Shown: positions 1-9,255 of the stretch, piece by piece | Position numbering within the stretch: the stretch's first letter is position 1 | How the letters are laid out: the number at the start of each line of letters is the position of its first letter | From: a bacterium | GTDB lineage: Bacteria > Desulfobacterota > DSWW01 | Reading direction: 5' to 3' | Assembly (NCBI GenBank): GCA_040756235.1 | Contig: JBFLZG010000126.1 | Span: 1-64,000 of the forward strand | DNA length: 64,000 nt | Translations under genes and position numbers: made by a program | Notes under the pieces: model-generated | The model's database searches: none | The model's input: only the letters and a program-made list of their open reading frames with translations | What the model was told of the DNA's origin: nothing

Positions 1-36
1 ACCAGCCTCTCTAGAGGGTGTTTTTCGACACCCTCT
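1..36. repeat. Right end of MITE-like family A element plus trailing hairpin (truncated by window edge)
   Basis: CAGCCTCTCTAGAGGGTGTTTTTCGACACCCTC closely matches CAGCCTCTCGAGAGGGTGTCTTTCGACACCCTC at 15274-15306. Confidence 0.7.
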
Positions 37-72
37 TTGTGAAAGAGCGAAACGGCCGGGAGCTCACTTCTC

Positions 73-100
73 GTAGGGGCGACCGGCCGGTCGCCCTTAC
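73..100. repeat. GTAG-type REP-like palindrome
   Basis: GTAGGGGCGACCGGCCGGTCGCCCTTAC; near-identical copy at 30648-30676; contains the HIT gene stop codon. Confidence 0.75.
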
Positions 101-576
101 TTCTCCGCAAAAAAAGGGACGAGAGTGTCCCACGTGGTAGAGAGGAGCTCCGAGATGACCCGGGTCTCACCTACTACGGACATGAAGTTGGTATCGCCGT
201 TCCAGCGCGGCAGCAGGTGGAAGTGGAGATGTTCCTCGACCCCGGCTCCGGCCACCTTGCCGAGATTCATGCCCAGATTGAAGCCGTCCGGCCGGTAGAC
301 CTCCTTGAAGATGCGAACGCACTGCCGTATGCGCGCCATCAACTGAGCGCTCTCCGGCTCTTCCAGCTCCTCGATGTGGGCGACGTGGCGCCGCGGGCTG
401 ATCAGGAGATGACCATTGATGTAGGGGTACCTGTTGAGCATGACGAAGGCAAACGCACCGCTGGAGAGGACCAGAGCCTCCCTCGGATCCTCTTCGAGGG
501 CCTTACAGAAGATGCATCCCTGGACTTTCGGCCCCAAGATGTAGTCTCTTCTCCACGGCGCCCAGAGTTGCTTCAA
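97..576 (-). CDS. HIT family hydrolase (Ap4A phosphorylase/hydrolase-like)
   Basis: LWAPWR N-terminus, CIFC, NRYPY..GH, histidine triad HLHFHLL and PRWNGD. Confidence 0.9.
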   Translation of the reverse strand: MKQLWAPWRRDYILGPKVQGCIFCKALEEDPREALVLSSGAFAFVMLNRYPYINGHLLISPRRHVAHIEELEEPESAQLMARIRQCVRIFKEVYRPDGFNLGMNLGKVAGAGVEEHLHFHLLPRWNGDTNFMSVVGETRVISELLSTTWDTLVPFFAEK

Positions 577-611
577 CTGAAATCTCCGGCAGCTTGATCG
601 AGAACGGAGGC

Positions 612-905
612 TCAGTCGGGCGCCGCCTCGTCATTGATCCTCTCGAACAGCTCCTTGCCGATCTTGAAGAAGGGCATCCGTTTGGCGGGAATGCGCACCG
701 TCTCTCCGGTCTTCGGATTCCTTCCTTCCCGATCGCCCCGATGCTTGACCTTGAAGCTGCCGAATCCGCGTATTTCGATCCGGCTGCCGGAGACCAGGGC
801 CTCCACCATGCTGTCGAAGATCGTGTTGACGATGATCTCCGCATCCTTGCGGGTGAGATAAGGGAGCCGTTCGGAAATCCGGTTGATCAGTTCGGACTTG
901 GTCAT
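612..905 (-). CDS. ihfB: Integration host factor beta subunit
   Basis: MTKSELI, IEIRGFGSF, GRNPKTGE, PFFKIGKEL; located downstream of rpsA. Confidence 0.9.
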   Translation of the reverse strand: MTKSELINRISERLPYLTRKDAEIIVNTIFDSMVEALVSGSRIEIRGFGSFKVKHRGDREGRNPKTGETVRIPAKRMPFFKIGKELFERINDEAAPD

Positions 906-934
906 GTCATCCCCTCCAAGTAACGAGAGACCCT

Positions 935-1840
935 CTATTGGACGACACAGCCCGGACTCGAGGGCTGCAACACGCGGAGCAGCATATCCCGGAGATATCC
1001 TTCGAAGCTCCCGATGAGGTAATCCAAGAATCGCAGCTTCTCCTCCTCCGGATAGAGGATCACCGGCTTGCCCTCGATTCCGGCCAGCTCGGCGGCTCTG
1101 TCCAGAGCGTCCTGGAAGTCTCCCAGGCGATCCACGAGGCCGATCTCATGAGCCTGCTCGCCCGTGAAGACGCGCCCGTCCGAGTAAGGCTCGATCTCGT
1201 CCGGGGTCTTGCGGCGGCCCTGAGCCACGTCGCGAATGAACTGCTTGTGGATGCTGTCCAGCAGCGACTGCATGTACGCTTCCTCTTCGGGCGTCATTTC
1301 TCGGAAGGGGCTTCCGGCGTCTTTGAACCGGCCAGCCTTCAGCACCGTGCTCCTGAGCCCGATCTTCCTTAGCAGCTCCTCGACGTTGGCGTACTCCGAG
1401 ATCACCCCGATGCTGCCGGTGACCGTGCCCGGATTGGCCAGAATCTCCTCCGTGGCGCTGGCGACGTAATAGCCGCCGGAGGCCGCCACGTTGCCCAGAG
1501 AGGAGAGCGTGATCTTCTGTCCCCGGAGCTTGCGGATCTCGGCATAGACCTCCTGGGCCGCCACCACGGTTCCGCCCGGCGAGTCGATGCGGAAGACCAA
1601 GGCCTTAACGTCTTCGCGTTCCTTGTAGCGCTCGAGCTCCTCGATCACGGGGCGCGAGTCGGCGAGCACGCCTTGGATGAGGATCACGCCGATCTTGGGT
1701 TGGGACAGAGGCAGGCCGCCCCCTCGAAAAAGGCCCAGGCGGCCCGCCGCGTAGCTCAAGGCGAACACCAGAACCAGGACGAGGGCGAGGGAAGCAGCGA
1801 TCCCTCTGCCTCGTCTCTGACCGCGCATGCTGGTTCGCAT
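935..1840 (-). CDS. sppA: Signal peptide peptidase SppA (36K type, S49)
   Basis: N-terminal TM, RIDSPGG, AASGGYY, TGSIGV, GRVFTGEQA. Confidence 0.92.
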   Translation of the reverse strand: MRTSMRGQRRGRGIAASLALVLVLVFALSYAAGRLGLFRGGGLPLSQPKIGVILIQGVLADSRPVIEELERYKEREDVKALVFRIDSPGGTVVAAQEVYAEIRKLRGQKITLSSLGNVAASGGYYVASATEEILANPGTVTGSIGVISEYANVEELLRKIGLRSTVLKAGRFKDAGSPFREMTPEEEAYMQSLLDSIHKQFIRDVAQGRRKTPDEIEPYSDGRVFTGEQAHEIGLVDRLGDFQDALDRAAELAGIEGKPVILYPEEEKLRFLDYLIGSFEGYLRDMLLRVLQPSSPGCVVQ

Positions 1841-1891
1841 TTGTCGGACTCTGTTCAGGGGACCGCCGATCCGCCGATCAGGAAGCCTTCC

Positions 1892-3724
1892 CTATTCCTT
1901 CTTCTTCGGTTCCGTGCCGTCCGAGGCGGAATCTCTCTTGTCCATGTTCCTCAGCTCGAGGGTCCTGGAGAGATCGCGCAGGTCCTGCTTCCAGTCTTCT
2001 TCAGCAGCCTTGGGGCGCTCCTCTTCCTTCTGGGACAAGTAGGCGTCCATGGCGGCCTTGTCCTGAGCCCGCTTGAGCGCCCGGATGGACAGACCGATCT
2101 TTCTCTCCCGAGAGTCGAGATGGATGATCTCGGCCTCCAGGGTGTCGTCGATGGCCGCGAAGCTGCGGATGTCCTTGACCTTGTCTTCGCTCAGCTCCGA
2201 GATGTGGATCAGACCTTCGATGCCCTGCTCGATTTCCAGAAATACACCGAAATCGGTGATGTTGGTGACCCGCCCCTTGACGGTGTCTCCGATTCTGTAG
2301 CGGCGCGGGATCTCGTCCCAGGGGTCGTTGTCGAGCTGCTTGATGCCGAGGGAGAACTTGTTGCTCTCCTCATCGATGTTGAGCACCACCGCCTCGATCT
2401 CGTCGCCTTTGTTGTACAACTCGGAAGGATGTTTGACCTTCTGGGTCCAGGAGAGATCGGAGATGTGCACCAGGCCGTCGATCCCCTCTTCAATGCCCAC
2501 GAAGATGCCGAAGTCGGTGATGTTGCGGACCACGCCCCGGATCCGGGAGCCTTTCTGGTACTTCTCCTTCAGGAGCCTCCAGGGATTGGGCTCCGTCTGC
2601 TTCAGCCCCAGGGAGATGCGTTGATTTTCGACGTCCATGTTCAGCACCACCGCATCGACGGTGTCACCCACGGACAGGATCTGGGAAGGGTGCCGGACTT
2701 TCTTGACCCAGGACATCTCGCTGATGTGGATCAGGCCTTCGATCCCTTCCTCCAGCTCGACGAAGGCGCCGTAATCGGTCAGGCTGACGACACGGCCCTT
2801 GATGCGGGTCCCGATCGGGTACTTGCCGGCCACGGTCGTCCAGGGATCCGGCTTCGTCTGCTTGAGCCCCAGGGAGACGCGCTCCCGCTCGCGGTCGTAG
2901 CGGAGAACCTTCACGTTCACCTTGTCTCCGATGGAGAGGACTTCCGTCGGGTGTCCGACCCGGCCCCAGGACATGTCCGTTATGTGGAGCAGCCCGTCCA
3001 CGCCGCCCAGGTCGATGAAGGCGCCGTAGTCGGTGATGTTCTTCACGACGCCGGGCAGGACCGTGCCCTCCTCCAGGTGCTTGAGGGTCTCCTGACGCAT
3101 GCGCTCTCTTTCTTTCTCCAGCAGGACCCTCCTGGAAAGGACGATGTTGCCTCTTTTCTTGTTGAACTTGAGGATCTTGAACTTGAAGCGCTGGCCGATG
3201 AGGTCGTCCAGGTTCTTTACGGGCCTGAGATCCACCTGGGATCCGGGCAGGAAGGCGGGAACGCCGATGTCTACCGAGAGCCCTCCTTTGACCCGCTGCA
3301 CGATCCGGCCCTCGACCACCGACTCCTGATTGTAGGCTTCCTGCAGATCGTCCCAGATCTTGAGCTGGTCGGCCTTCTCCTTGGACAGCAGGACCAGTCC
3401 TTCCTCGTCCTCGGCGCCCTCGAAGAAGACCTTGATCGAATCCCCTGCCTTGACCTGGAAGGTCCCGTCGGACTGACGGAACTCCTCAAGGGGAACTTCT
3501 CCTTCGGACTTATACCCGATATCCACGGTGACGGAGGAAGGTCCCACGGAGATCACCGTCCCGGTGACCACTTCTCCGACTTCGACCTTCTTCTTCTCTA
3601 TCGATTGCTGCAACAGGGTGCCGAAGTCTTCTTCGGCTTCCCGGGGAGCCTGTACCGGAGGGGTGGCCGCTGCGGAGGGGGCGATCTCCTCCTGGTTGGT
3701 CTTGTTGCTGGTTGTGGAATCCAT
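1892..3724 (-). CDS. rpsA: 30S ribosomal protein S1
   Basis: Repeated S1 domains (DIGYKSEG, AFLPGSQVD, YGAFIDLGG, GLIHISE); start placed at ATG 3724 behind a purine-rich RBS. Confidence 0.97.
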   Translation of the reverse strand: MDSTTSNKTNQEEIAPSAAATPPVQAPREAEEDFGTLLQQSIEKKKVEVGEVVTGTVISVGPSSVTVDIGYKSEGEVPLEEFRQSDGTFQVKAGDSIKVFFEGAEDEEGLVLLSKEKADQLKIWDDLQEAYNQESVVEGRIVQRVKGGLSVDIGVPAFLPGSQVDLRPVKNLDDLIGQRFKFKILKFNKKRGNIVLSRRVLLEKERERMRQETLKHLEEGTVLPGVVKNITDYGAFIDLGGVDGLLHITDMSWGRVGHPTEVLSIGDKVNVKVLRYDRERERVSLGLKQTKPDPWTTVAGKYPIGTRIKGRVVSLTDYGAFVELEEGIEGLIHISEMSWVKKVRHPSQILSVGDTVDAVVLNMDVENQRISLGLKQTEPNPWRLLKEKYQKGSRIRGVVRNITDFGIFVGIEEGIDGLVHISDLSWTQKVKHPSELYNKGDEIEAVVLNIDEESNKFSLGIKQLDNDPWDEIPRRYRIGDTVKGRVTNITDFGVFLEIEQGIEGLIHISELSEDKVKDIRSFAAIDDTLEAEIIHLDSRERKIGLSIRALKRAQDKAAMDAYLSQKEEERPKAAEEDWKQDLRDLSRTLELRNMDKRDSASDGTEPKKKE

Positions 3725-3827
3725 GCCGATCTTCCTTCGTCTCCTGGGTTGAAGGTTGTGCGGATGATGTCGTGCCGATGTCCGTCCAGAAATACCAGAA
3801 AAATTGCCTGGATGGAATAACTTTCGA

Positions 3828-3856
3828 ATTATACTGAGCCTTTTTGAAAACCGCAA
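3828..3856 (-). promoter_or_regulatory. Putative sigma70 promoter of rpsA
   Basis: Minus strand TTGCGG-17 nt-TATAAT in an AT-rich island. Confidence 0.6.
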
Positions 3857-3913
3857 CCATCCGGACCGTTCGCTGCCGCGCTCTCCTCGTCGCCGCGACC
3901 GCGCCGCAGCACC

Positions 3914-4612
3914 TCACTTCGAGGGGCCCGCCGGGCTCCTGCCCGCAAGCCGGGAAAGGATCGCTTCGAGGACCTCCTCTTGGCTCATCCGCGTCGTATC
4001 GATCCGCACGGCTCCTTCCGGAACCCGCAGAGGCGCCACCTTTCTGCCCGAGTCCCTTTGGTCCCGGCCCCGGATCTCGTCCAGGATCTTCTCTCGCGGC
4101 ACCTCGATGCCCTTGCCCCTCCATTGCAGGTCGCGCCTGCGCGCCCGCTCGTCCAGATCCGCTTCGAGGAAGACCTTCAAGTCCGCATCCGGGAAGACGA
4201 CCGACCCGATGTCGCGCCCTTCCATCACGACCGATCCGCCGGCCCCCAGCTCGCGCTGCTTCCGGACCAGAGCTTCGCGCACTTCAGGAAACTGGGAGAC
4301 CCGGGAGGCGTCATCTCCCACACCCGGCTTGCGGATCTCCTCCGTCACATCCCGACCGGACACGCGGATCCGAGCGCCCCCGGCGCCGCCAGTATACTGA
4401 ATGTCCATGCCCATTCCAAGGCTTGCCAGGGGCCGAGGGTCATTGAGAGATACACCGTTCCTGCGGGCGAGCCAGGCCAGGGCCCGATACATGGCGCCCG
4501 TGTCGATGTATCGATAGCCGAGCCGGTCAGCCAGAAGCCGGGCAATCGTGCTCTTGCCCACACCGGAAGGCCCGTCGATGGCGATCACGAGTCCTCTTCG
4601 GCCTGCGGTCAC
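3914..4612 (-). CDS. cmk: Cytidylate kinase
   Basis: IAIDGPSGVGKST, IDTGAMYRA, VMEGRDIG, RDQRD. Confidence 0.96.
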   Translation of the reverse strand: MTAGRRGLVIAIDGPSGVGKSTIARLLADRLGYRYIDTGAMYRALAWLARRNGVSLNDPRPLASLGMGMDIQYTGGAGGARIRVSGRDVTEEIRKPGVGDDASRVSQFPEVREALVRKQRELGAGGSVVMEGRDIGSVVFPDADLKVFLEADLDERARRRDLQWRGKGIEVPREKILDEIRGRDQRDSGRKVAPLRVPEGAVRIDTTRMSQEEVLEAILSRLAGRSPAGPSK

Positions 4613-4676
4613 CTGTCGAGCTCCTCTGGATGAGAGAAGAGAAACGCCGCCCGGCGGGCGGTGCGTGCCGGTGATC

Positions 4677-6017
4677 TCATCGCGCCTCGATCAGGGGCGT
4701 AAGGCGAGCCAGGAAATCCGGAAAGGAAACGCTCACGCAGGACGCTCCGGAGACGCGGCACGGGCCCTCGGCCGCCATCGCCGCCACCATGAGGGAGAGC
4801 GCGACGCGGTGATCTCCCCAACTGCTGCCATGGAAGACGGGGATGCGCGCCCGTCCCCGGATCTCCAGCCCGTCGGGTTGTTGCTGCACCGGAACTCCCA
4901 TAGCCTCCAGGTTCTCCGCCATGGCCGCGATCCGGTCGGACTCCTTGACCCTCAGCTCGGCGGCCCCCGTGATGCGGGTGACGCCGTCAGCGAGGGCCGC
5001 GGCGATGCACAGCACCGGGACCTCGTCGATGGCCGCGGGAATTTCTTCGGGCCGGATCTCCGTCGCTTGCAGGCGGCTCGTGTGAACGCGCAGGTCGCCC
5101 ACCGGCTCCCCCGCCTCTTCTCGAACGTGTTCCCACTCGAGGCGGGCGCCCATCCTCTGCAGGATGCCCAGGTACCCGGTGCGCGTGGGGTTCGCGCACA
5201 CCCCGCGGATGTGCAGATCCGAATCGGGCGTGACCAGCGCCGCGACCACCAGGAACGCGGCCGAGGAGGGGTCTCCGGGAACGGGAAAGGCCCGAGCTGC
5301 CAGGGGCTGCCCTCCGGTGCCCCGCAGCCGGACCGTGGTCCCTTCCACGGCGAGGTCGGCGCCCAGGTAGCGGAGCATGCGCTCCGTGTGATCTCTGGAC
5401 CTCGTCGGTTCCGTCACCGAGACCTCCCCCTTCAGGGGCAGGGCCGCGAGCAGGATCGCCGTCTTGACTTGTGCGCTGGGAACCGGTGCCGCGTAGCGGA
5501 TCGGGCTCAGGGAGGCTCCCCGGATGGCGAGCGGAGCGTACCGCCCTCCGCCTCTTGCCCAGATGGAGGCCCCCATCGCCAACAAGGGGGTGACGACTCG
5601 GCTCATCGGCCTCTTGCGCAGGGATTCGTCTCCGGTCAGGACCGAGAAGAACGGCTGCCCGCTGAGCACGCCCGCGAGGAGGCGGATCGTCGTTCCGGAG
5701 TTTCCTGCGTCCAGCACGTTCCCCGGCTCGGACAGAGAGCGGGCGCCGGCGCCCTCGACGAGCGTCCTGTCCTCCTCCCTACGAACGGGCACGCCCAGGG
5801 CCGTCAGGCAGCGCGCCGTGCTCTGCACGTCGTCCCCCGGCGAGAGGTTCTCGATGCGCGTGGTTCCTTCGGTCAGGGCGCCGAAGATGAGCGCGCGGTG
5901 AGAGATGGACTTGTCGCCCGGGACCGAGACCGACCCCCGCAGGCCCCGGACCGGCTCGAGCAGCAGGTCGTCGGCCGGATCCCGGATCCGCTCGTCGGAA
6001 GGGGTGGATCTCGTCAC
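4677..6017 (-). CDS. aroA: 3-phosphoshikimate 1-carboxyvinyltransferase (EPSP synthase)
   Basis: PGDKSISHR, GNSGTT, SAQVK, RDHTERML, RVKESDRI, DHR; GTG start overlaps the tyrA stop (GTGA). Confidence 0.95.
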   Translation of the reverse strand: MTRSTPSDERIRDPADDLLLEPVRGLRGSVSVPGDKSISHRALIFGALTEGTTRIENLSPGDDVQSTARCLTALGVPVRREEDRTLVEGAGARSLSEPGNVLDAGNSGTTIRLLAGVLSGQPFFSVLTGDESLRKRPMSRVVTPLLAMGASIWARGGGRYAPLAIRGASLSPIRYAAPVPSAQVKTAILLAALPLKGEVSVTEPTRSRDHTERMLRYLGADLAVEGTTVRLRGTGGQPLAARAFPVPGDPSSAAFLVVAALVTPDSDLHIRGVCANPTRTGYLGILQRMGARLEWEHVREEAGEPVGDLRVHTSRLQATEIRPEEIPAAIDEVPVLCIAAALADGVTRITGAAELRVKESDRIAAMAENLEAMGVPVQQQPDGLEIRGRARIPVFHGSSWGDHRVALSLMVAAMAAEGPCRVSGASCVSVSFPDFLARLTPLIEAR

Positions 6018-6958
6018 GACTGGCCTTTCCGCGGCGCCCGATCGCAGGAGTTGTTTTCGAGGAACTTCGCCCGGGTCCGTCTGGAGCGCAGAAACAGCCG
6101 GCGCAGGCCCTCGCCGTCCCGCCGCTTCACGAGACGCCGGATCTGACCGATACTCTTGTCGAAGGCGTCCATCGCCTCCAGAATGGCGTCGCCGTTCATG
6201 AGACAGATGTCCCGCCACATCTCCGGGTGGCTGGACGCGATCCGGGTGAAGTCCCGGAAGCCGCCCGCGGAGTAAGCCGAGATGTCTCCGCCCTGCTCGT
6301 CCGCGGTCCGCACCGCGTCCACCAGCGCGTAAGCGACCATGTGGGGCAGATGGCTCACGAACCCCATGATGCGGTCATGGCGTTCCGGGTCCATGATCAC
6401 GACCTCGGAACCCACCGCTTCCCAGAGCCGTCTCACGGAGCGGAGCGCGGCGGGATCGGTCCGTTCCGACGGGGTGAGAATACAGCTGCGCCGCTCGAAC
6501 AGGGTTGCGAACGAGGCTTCCACCCCGGAGTGCTCGGTTCCCGCGATCGGGTGGCCGCCCACGAAAGGGCTCGGGACCGAAAACACCGCTTCGGCCTGTT
6601 GGACGATCGGCAACTTCACACTCCCCACGTCGGTCACCGTGCTTTGCGGATCGCGGCAGGAAGCGGTCTTGGCGAGAAGCTCCGGAAGACTACAGACCGG
6701 AGTGGCCAGAACGATCAGGTCCGCATCCCGGAGCCCGCGCGCCCAGTCGAGCTCCAGGACGTCGATGACCCCGAGCTCCAGGGCCTTCAGCAGGTTCTCC
6801 TTGCCGCGCCCCAGGCCGACCACCGTTCCGATCAGGCCCTTCTGCTTGGCGGCACGGGCCAGGGAGCCGCCGATCAGGCCGACCCCTACGATGGCGACCC
6901 GCTGGAAGAGCGGCGTCCCGGCTGCGGGGCTGAGCTCCTGGGAGTCCGGGTTTTCCAT
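6014..6958 (-). CDS. tyrA: Prephenate dehydrogenase
   Basis: GVGLIGGS, DVGSVK, GGHPIAGTE, SHLPH, GGFRDFTRIA. Confidence 0.94.
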   Translation of the reverse strand: MENPDSQELSPAAGTPLFQRVAIVGVGLIGGSLARAAKQKGLIGTVVGLGRGKENLLKALELGVIDVLELDWARGLRDADLIVLATPVCSLPELLAKTASCRDPQSTVTDVGSVKLPIVQQAEAVFSVPSPFVGGHPIAGTEHSGVEASFATLFERRSCILTPSERTDPAALRSVRRLWEAVGSEVVIMDPERHDRIMGFVSHLPHMVAYALVDAVRTADEQGGDISAYSAGGFRDFTRIASSHPEMWRDICLMNGDAILEAMDAFDKSIGQIRRLVKRRDGEGLRRLFLRSRRTRAKFLENNSCDRAPRKGQS

Positions 6959-6986
6959 GGTCTCCGTCTCGACCGGGCGGCCGCGA

Positions 6987-8159
6987 TCAGCCGCACGCTC
7001 CGTAATGCCTCGGCTCGCCCTGCGGGTAAGAGCCCAACAGCTTCACCTCCCGGATCACCTTGCCGAATTCCTCCAGGGCCTTGCGGATGCGGGCGTCCGA
7101 GCGGTGGCCCTGGATATCCAGGAAGAACACCGACTCCCATGCCCTCGTGCGGTGCGGCCGGGATTCGATCCGGGTCACGCTCACCCGGTTCTGGGCAAAG
7201 GGCTTCAGCGCTTCGTAGAGCGCGCCGATGCGGTCCCGCGTATAGAACATGAGGGAGGTCTTGTCTCTGCCGGTCTTCTCCGCGTCCTTGCGGCCGACGA
7301 CCAGAAACCTCGTATAGTTGAAAGGGCCGTCCTGAATGCCCGGTTCGAGCACGTTGAGATCGAACAGCTTGCCCGCGAAGCCGGTCGCGACGGCCGCACT
7401 GTGCGGTTCCATCGAGGCCATTTCCGCGGCCCTGACCGTGCTCTCCACGTCCGTGATCTCGACCTGCGGCAGATGGGCGTCCAGCCACGACCGGCACTGA
7501 GCGACGGCGTGCGGGTGGCTGTACACGCGCCGCACGTTCTCCACGGCGGCCGACCGGGACAGCAGGTCCAGCGTGACCTCGAGAAAAATTTCGGCGCAGA
7601 TCTTCACATCGAAGTCCATGAACAGGTCCAGCGTGTGAGCAATGAGCCCTTCGGCGGAATTCTCGATCGGGATCACGCCGTAGTGGACGCGCCCCCGGTC
7701 GAGCGCGTCGAACACCTCCCGCAGGTTTCTCTCCGGAAGGAACCGGCCCGAGCGGCCGAAATGCTCCATGCACGCCAGGTGCGTGAAGGTACCGCAGGGC
7801 CCCAGAAACGAGACCGTCAACGGCTTCTCCAGGGATAGGGAGGCCGAGAAGACCTCGCGGAAAACCGCGCGCAGGGCTTCGTTCGGAAAAGGCCCCCTGT
7901 TCTCCGCGCAGAGCCGCTCGTAGATCTCTCGCTCTCTCGATGGGGAGTGGAACTCGAGGTTGCGGGCCGCCTTGGCTTTCCCGATCTCGATCGCGACCTT
8001 TGCCCGCCGGTTGAGCAGGTCGAGCATGCGGCGATCGATCCGGTCGATCTGCTGGCGCAGATCGGACAGCTCTCGGTCGTGTCCGGCCGCCTGCTTCGAC
8101 CGTCTGAGGCGATCGGGCGCGTCTTTGGCAGCCCTCGGGACGGGGCGGGTCTTGCTCAT
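6987..8159 (-). CDS. pheA: Chorismate mutase / prephenate dehydratase (P-protein)
   Basis: N-terminal AroQ (LRQQIDRID..LLNRR), PIENS, SHPHA..QC, TRF, C-terminal ACT with IESRP. Confidence 0.94.
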   Translation of the reverse strand: MSKTRPVPRAAKDAPDRLRRSKQAAGHDRELSDLRQQIDRIDRRMLDLLNRRAKVAIEIGKAKAARNLEFHSPSREREIYERLCAENRGPFPNEALRAVFREVFSASLSLEKPLTVSFLGPCGTFTHLACMEHFGRSGRFLPERNLREVFDALDRGRVHYGVIPIENSAEGLIAHTLDLFMDFDVKICAEIFLEVTLDLLSRSAAVENVRRVYSHPHAVAQCRSWLDAHLPQVEITDVESTVRAAEMASMEPHSAAVATGFAGKLFDLNVLEPGIQDGPFNYTRFLVVGRKDAEKTGRDKTSLMFYTRDRIGALYEALKPFAQNRVSVTRIESRPHRTRAWESVFFLDIQGHRSDARIRKALEEFGKVIREVKLLGSYPQGEPRHYGACG

Positions 8160-8219
8160 GTCGGTTCTCCGGGTGGCGGCGCAGCCGGCGTGGCGGCTCG
8201 CCTCGGAATCGCAAGACGA

Positions 8220-8247
8220 ATTATAGGGATAGGGCCCACAAAATCAA
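8220..8247 (-). promoter_or_regulatory. Putative sigma70 promoter of the pheA operon
   Basis: Minus strand TTGATT-16 nt-TATAAT about 60 nt upstream of pheA. Confidence 0.55.
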
Positions 8248-8318
8248 GGCGATTCTCAGGGCGCCGGCGCGACCTTCAAGGAAATTCTCGAAACGGATCG
8301 CTTCCGCAGCCTGCGCTT

Positions 8319-9242
8319 TCAGACCTCCTCCAAAGCCCTCTGAATCCGTTCGGGAATTCGCGCATCGTCGCCGGCTTCGAACCAGATCACGTGTTCCTGA
8401 TGGCGGAACCAGGTGAGCTGTCGCTTGGCGTAGCGTTTGGTGTCGCGCTTCATCTCTTCCGCTGCTGCGGCGAGATCCTCCGAGCCTCGGAGGACCTTTG
8501 CCATGTGCCGGTAACCCAGGGCACGCATGGACGGCAGGGTCGGCTCGTACCCGCGCAGCAGGAGGGCTCGGACTTCCTCCAGCAGCCCCTGCTCCATCAT
8601 CCGGTCGACGCGCGTCTCGATGCGCCGACGCAGCTCGTCTCTGGGCGGGCTCAGGCCGATGAGGAGGGCCTGGTAGCGGTTTTCCCGGAATCCGTGGTGT
8701 TCCTGCAGCTCGGTGATGCTCCGGCCGGTGCGCAGGAGCACGTCGAGGGCTCTCAAGGTCCGCACCGTGTCGCTCGGATGGATCCGGCGGCCGGCCTCCG
8801 GGTCCAGGCGCCGGAGCGTCGCGTGCGGATCGTCCTTGGTCAGCGGCCGGCGGCGTGCCGGGTCGCGCCATTTCCCGGCCTGCGGAAGCGTGGTGTCGGC
8901 GAACAGCCCGTGCAGCAGCGCCTTGACCCAGAGGCCTGTTCCGCCTACCACGAACGGGACCTTCCCCGAGGCCCGGAGCGCCGCGATCGCGCGGTCGGCT
9001 TCTTTCTGGTAGCGGCCGGCGTGGAAATGCTCGTCCGGGTCGGCGACGTCGATCAGATGGTGAGGGACGCGCGCCCTTTCCTCGATCGTCGGTTTGGCCG
9101 TACCGATATCCATGCCCCGGTAGATCTGCATGGAATCGGCGCTGACGATCGCTGCCCCAAACGCGGGAGCCAGGCGCATGGCCAGGGAGGATTTGCCGGA
9201 AGCCGTGGGGCCGACGAGGACGATGATCTCTGCGGAAGACAT
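8319..9242 (-). CDS. miaA: tRNA dimethylallyltransferase
   Basis: GPTASGKS, SADSMQIY.GMDIGTAKP, VGGTGL, YAKRQLTWF. Confidence 0.96.
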   Translation of the reverse strand: MSSAEIIVLVGPTASGKSSLAMRLAPAFGAAIVSADSMQIYRGMDIGTAKPTIEERARVPHHLIDVADPDEHFHAGRYQKEADRAIAALRASGKVPFVVGGTGLWVKALLHGLFADTTLPQAGKWRDPARRRPLTKDDPHATLRRLDPEAGRRIHPSDTVRTLRALDVLLRTGRSITELQEHHGFRENRYQALLIGLSPPRDELRRRIETRVDRMMEQGLLEEVRALLLRGYEPTLPSMRALGYRHMAKVLRGSEDLAAAAEEMKRDTKRYAKRQLTWFRHQEHVIWFEAGDDARIPERIQRALEEV

Positions 9243-9255
9243 GGGGTCGGGGTGC

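Noticed and set aside
1673..3820. 715-aa ORF antisense to rpsA
   Set aside because: Mirror of biased codon usage in rpsA; no independent evidence
8160..8318. hfq expected downstream of miaA
   Set aside because: The gap is only about 160 bp and holds a promoter-like sequence; no hfq-like ORF, and absence here says nothing about the genome
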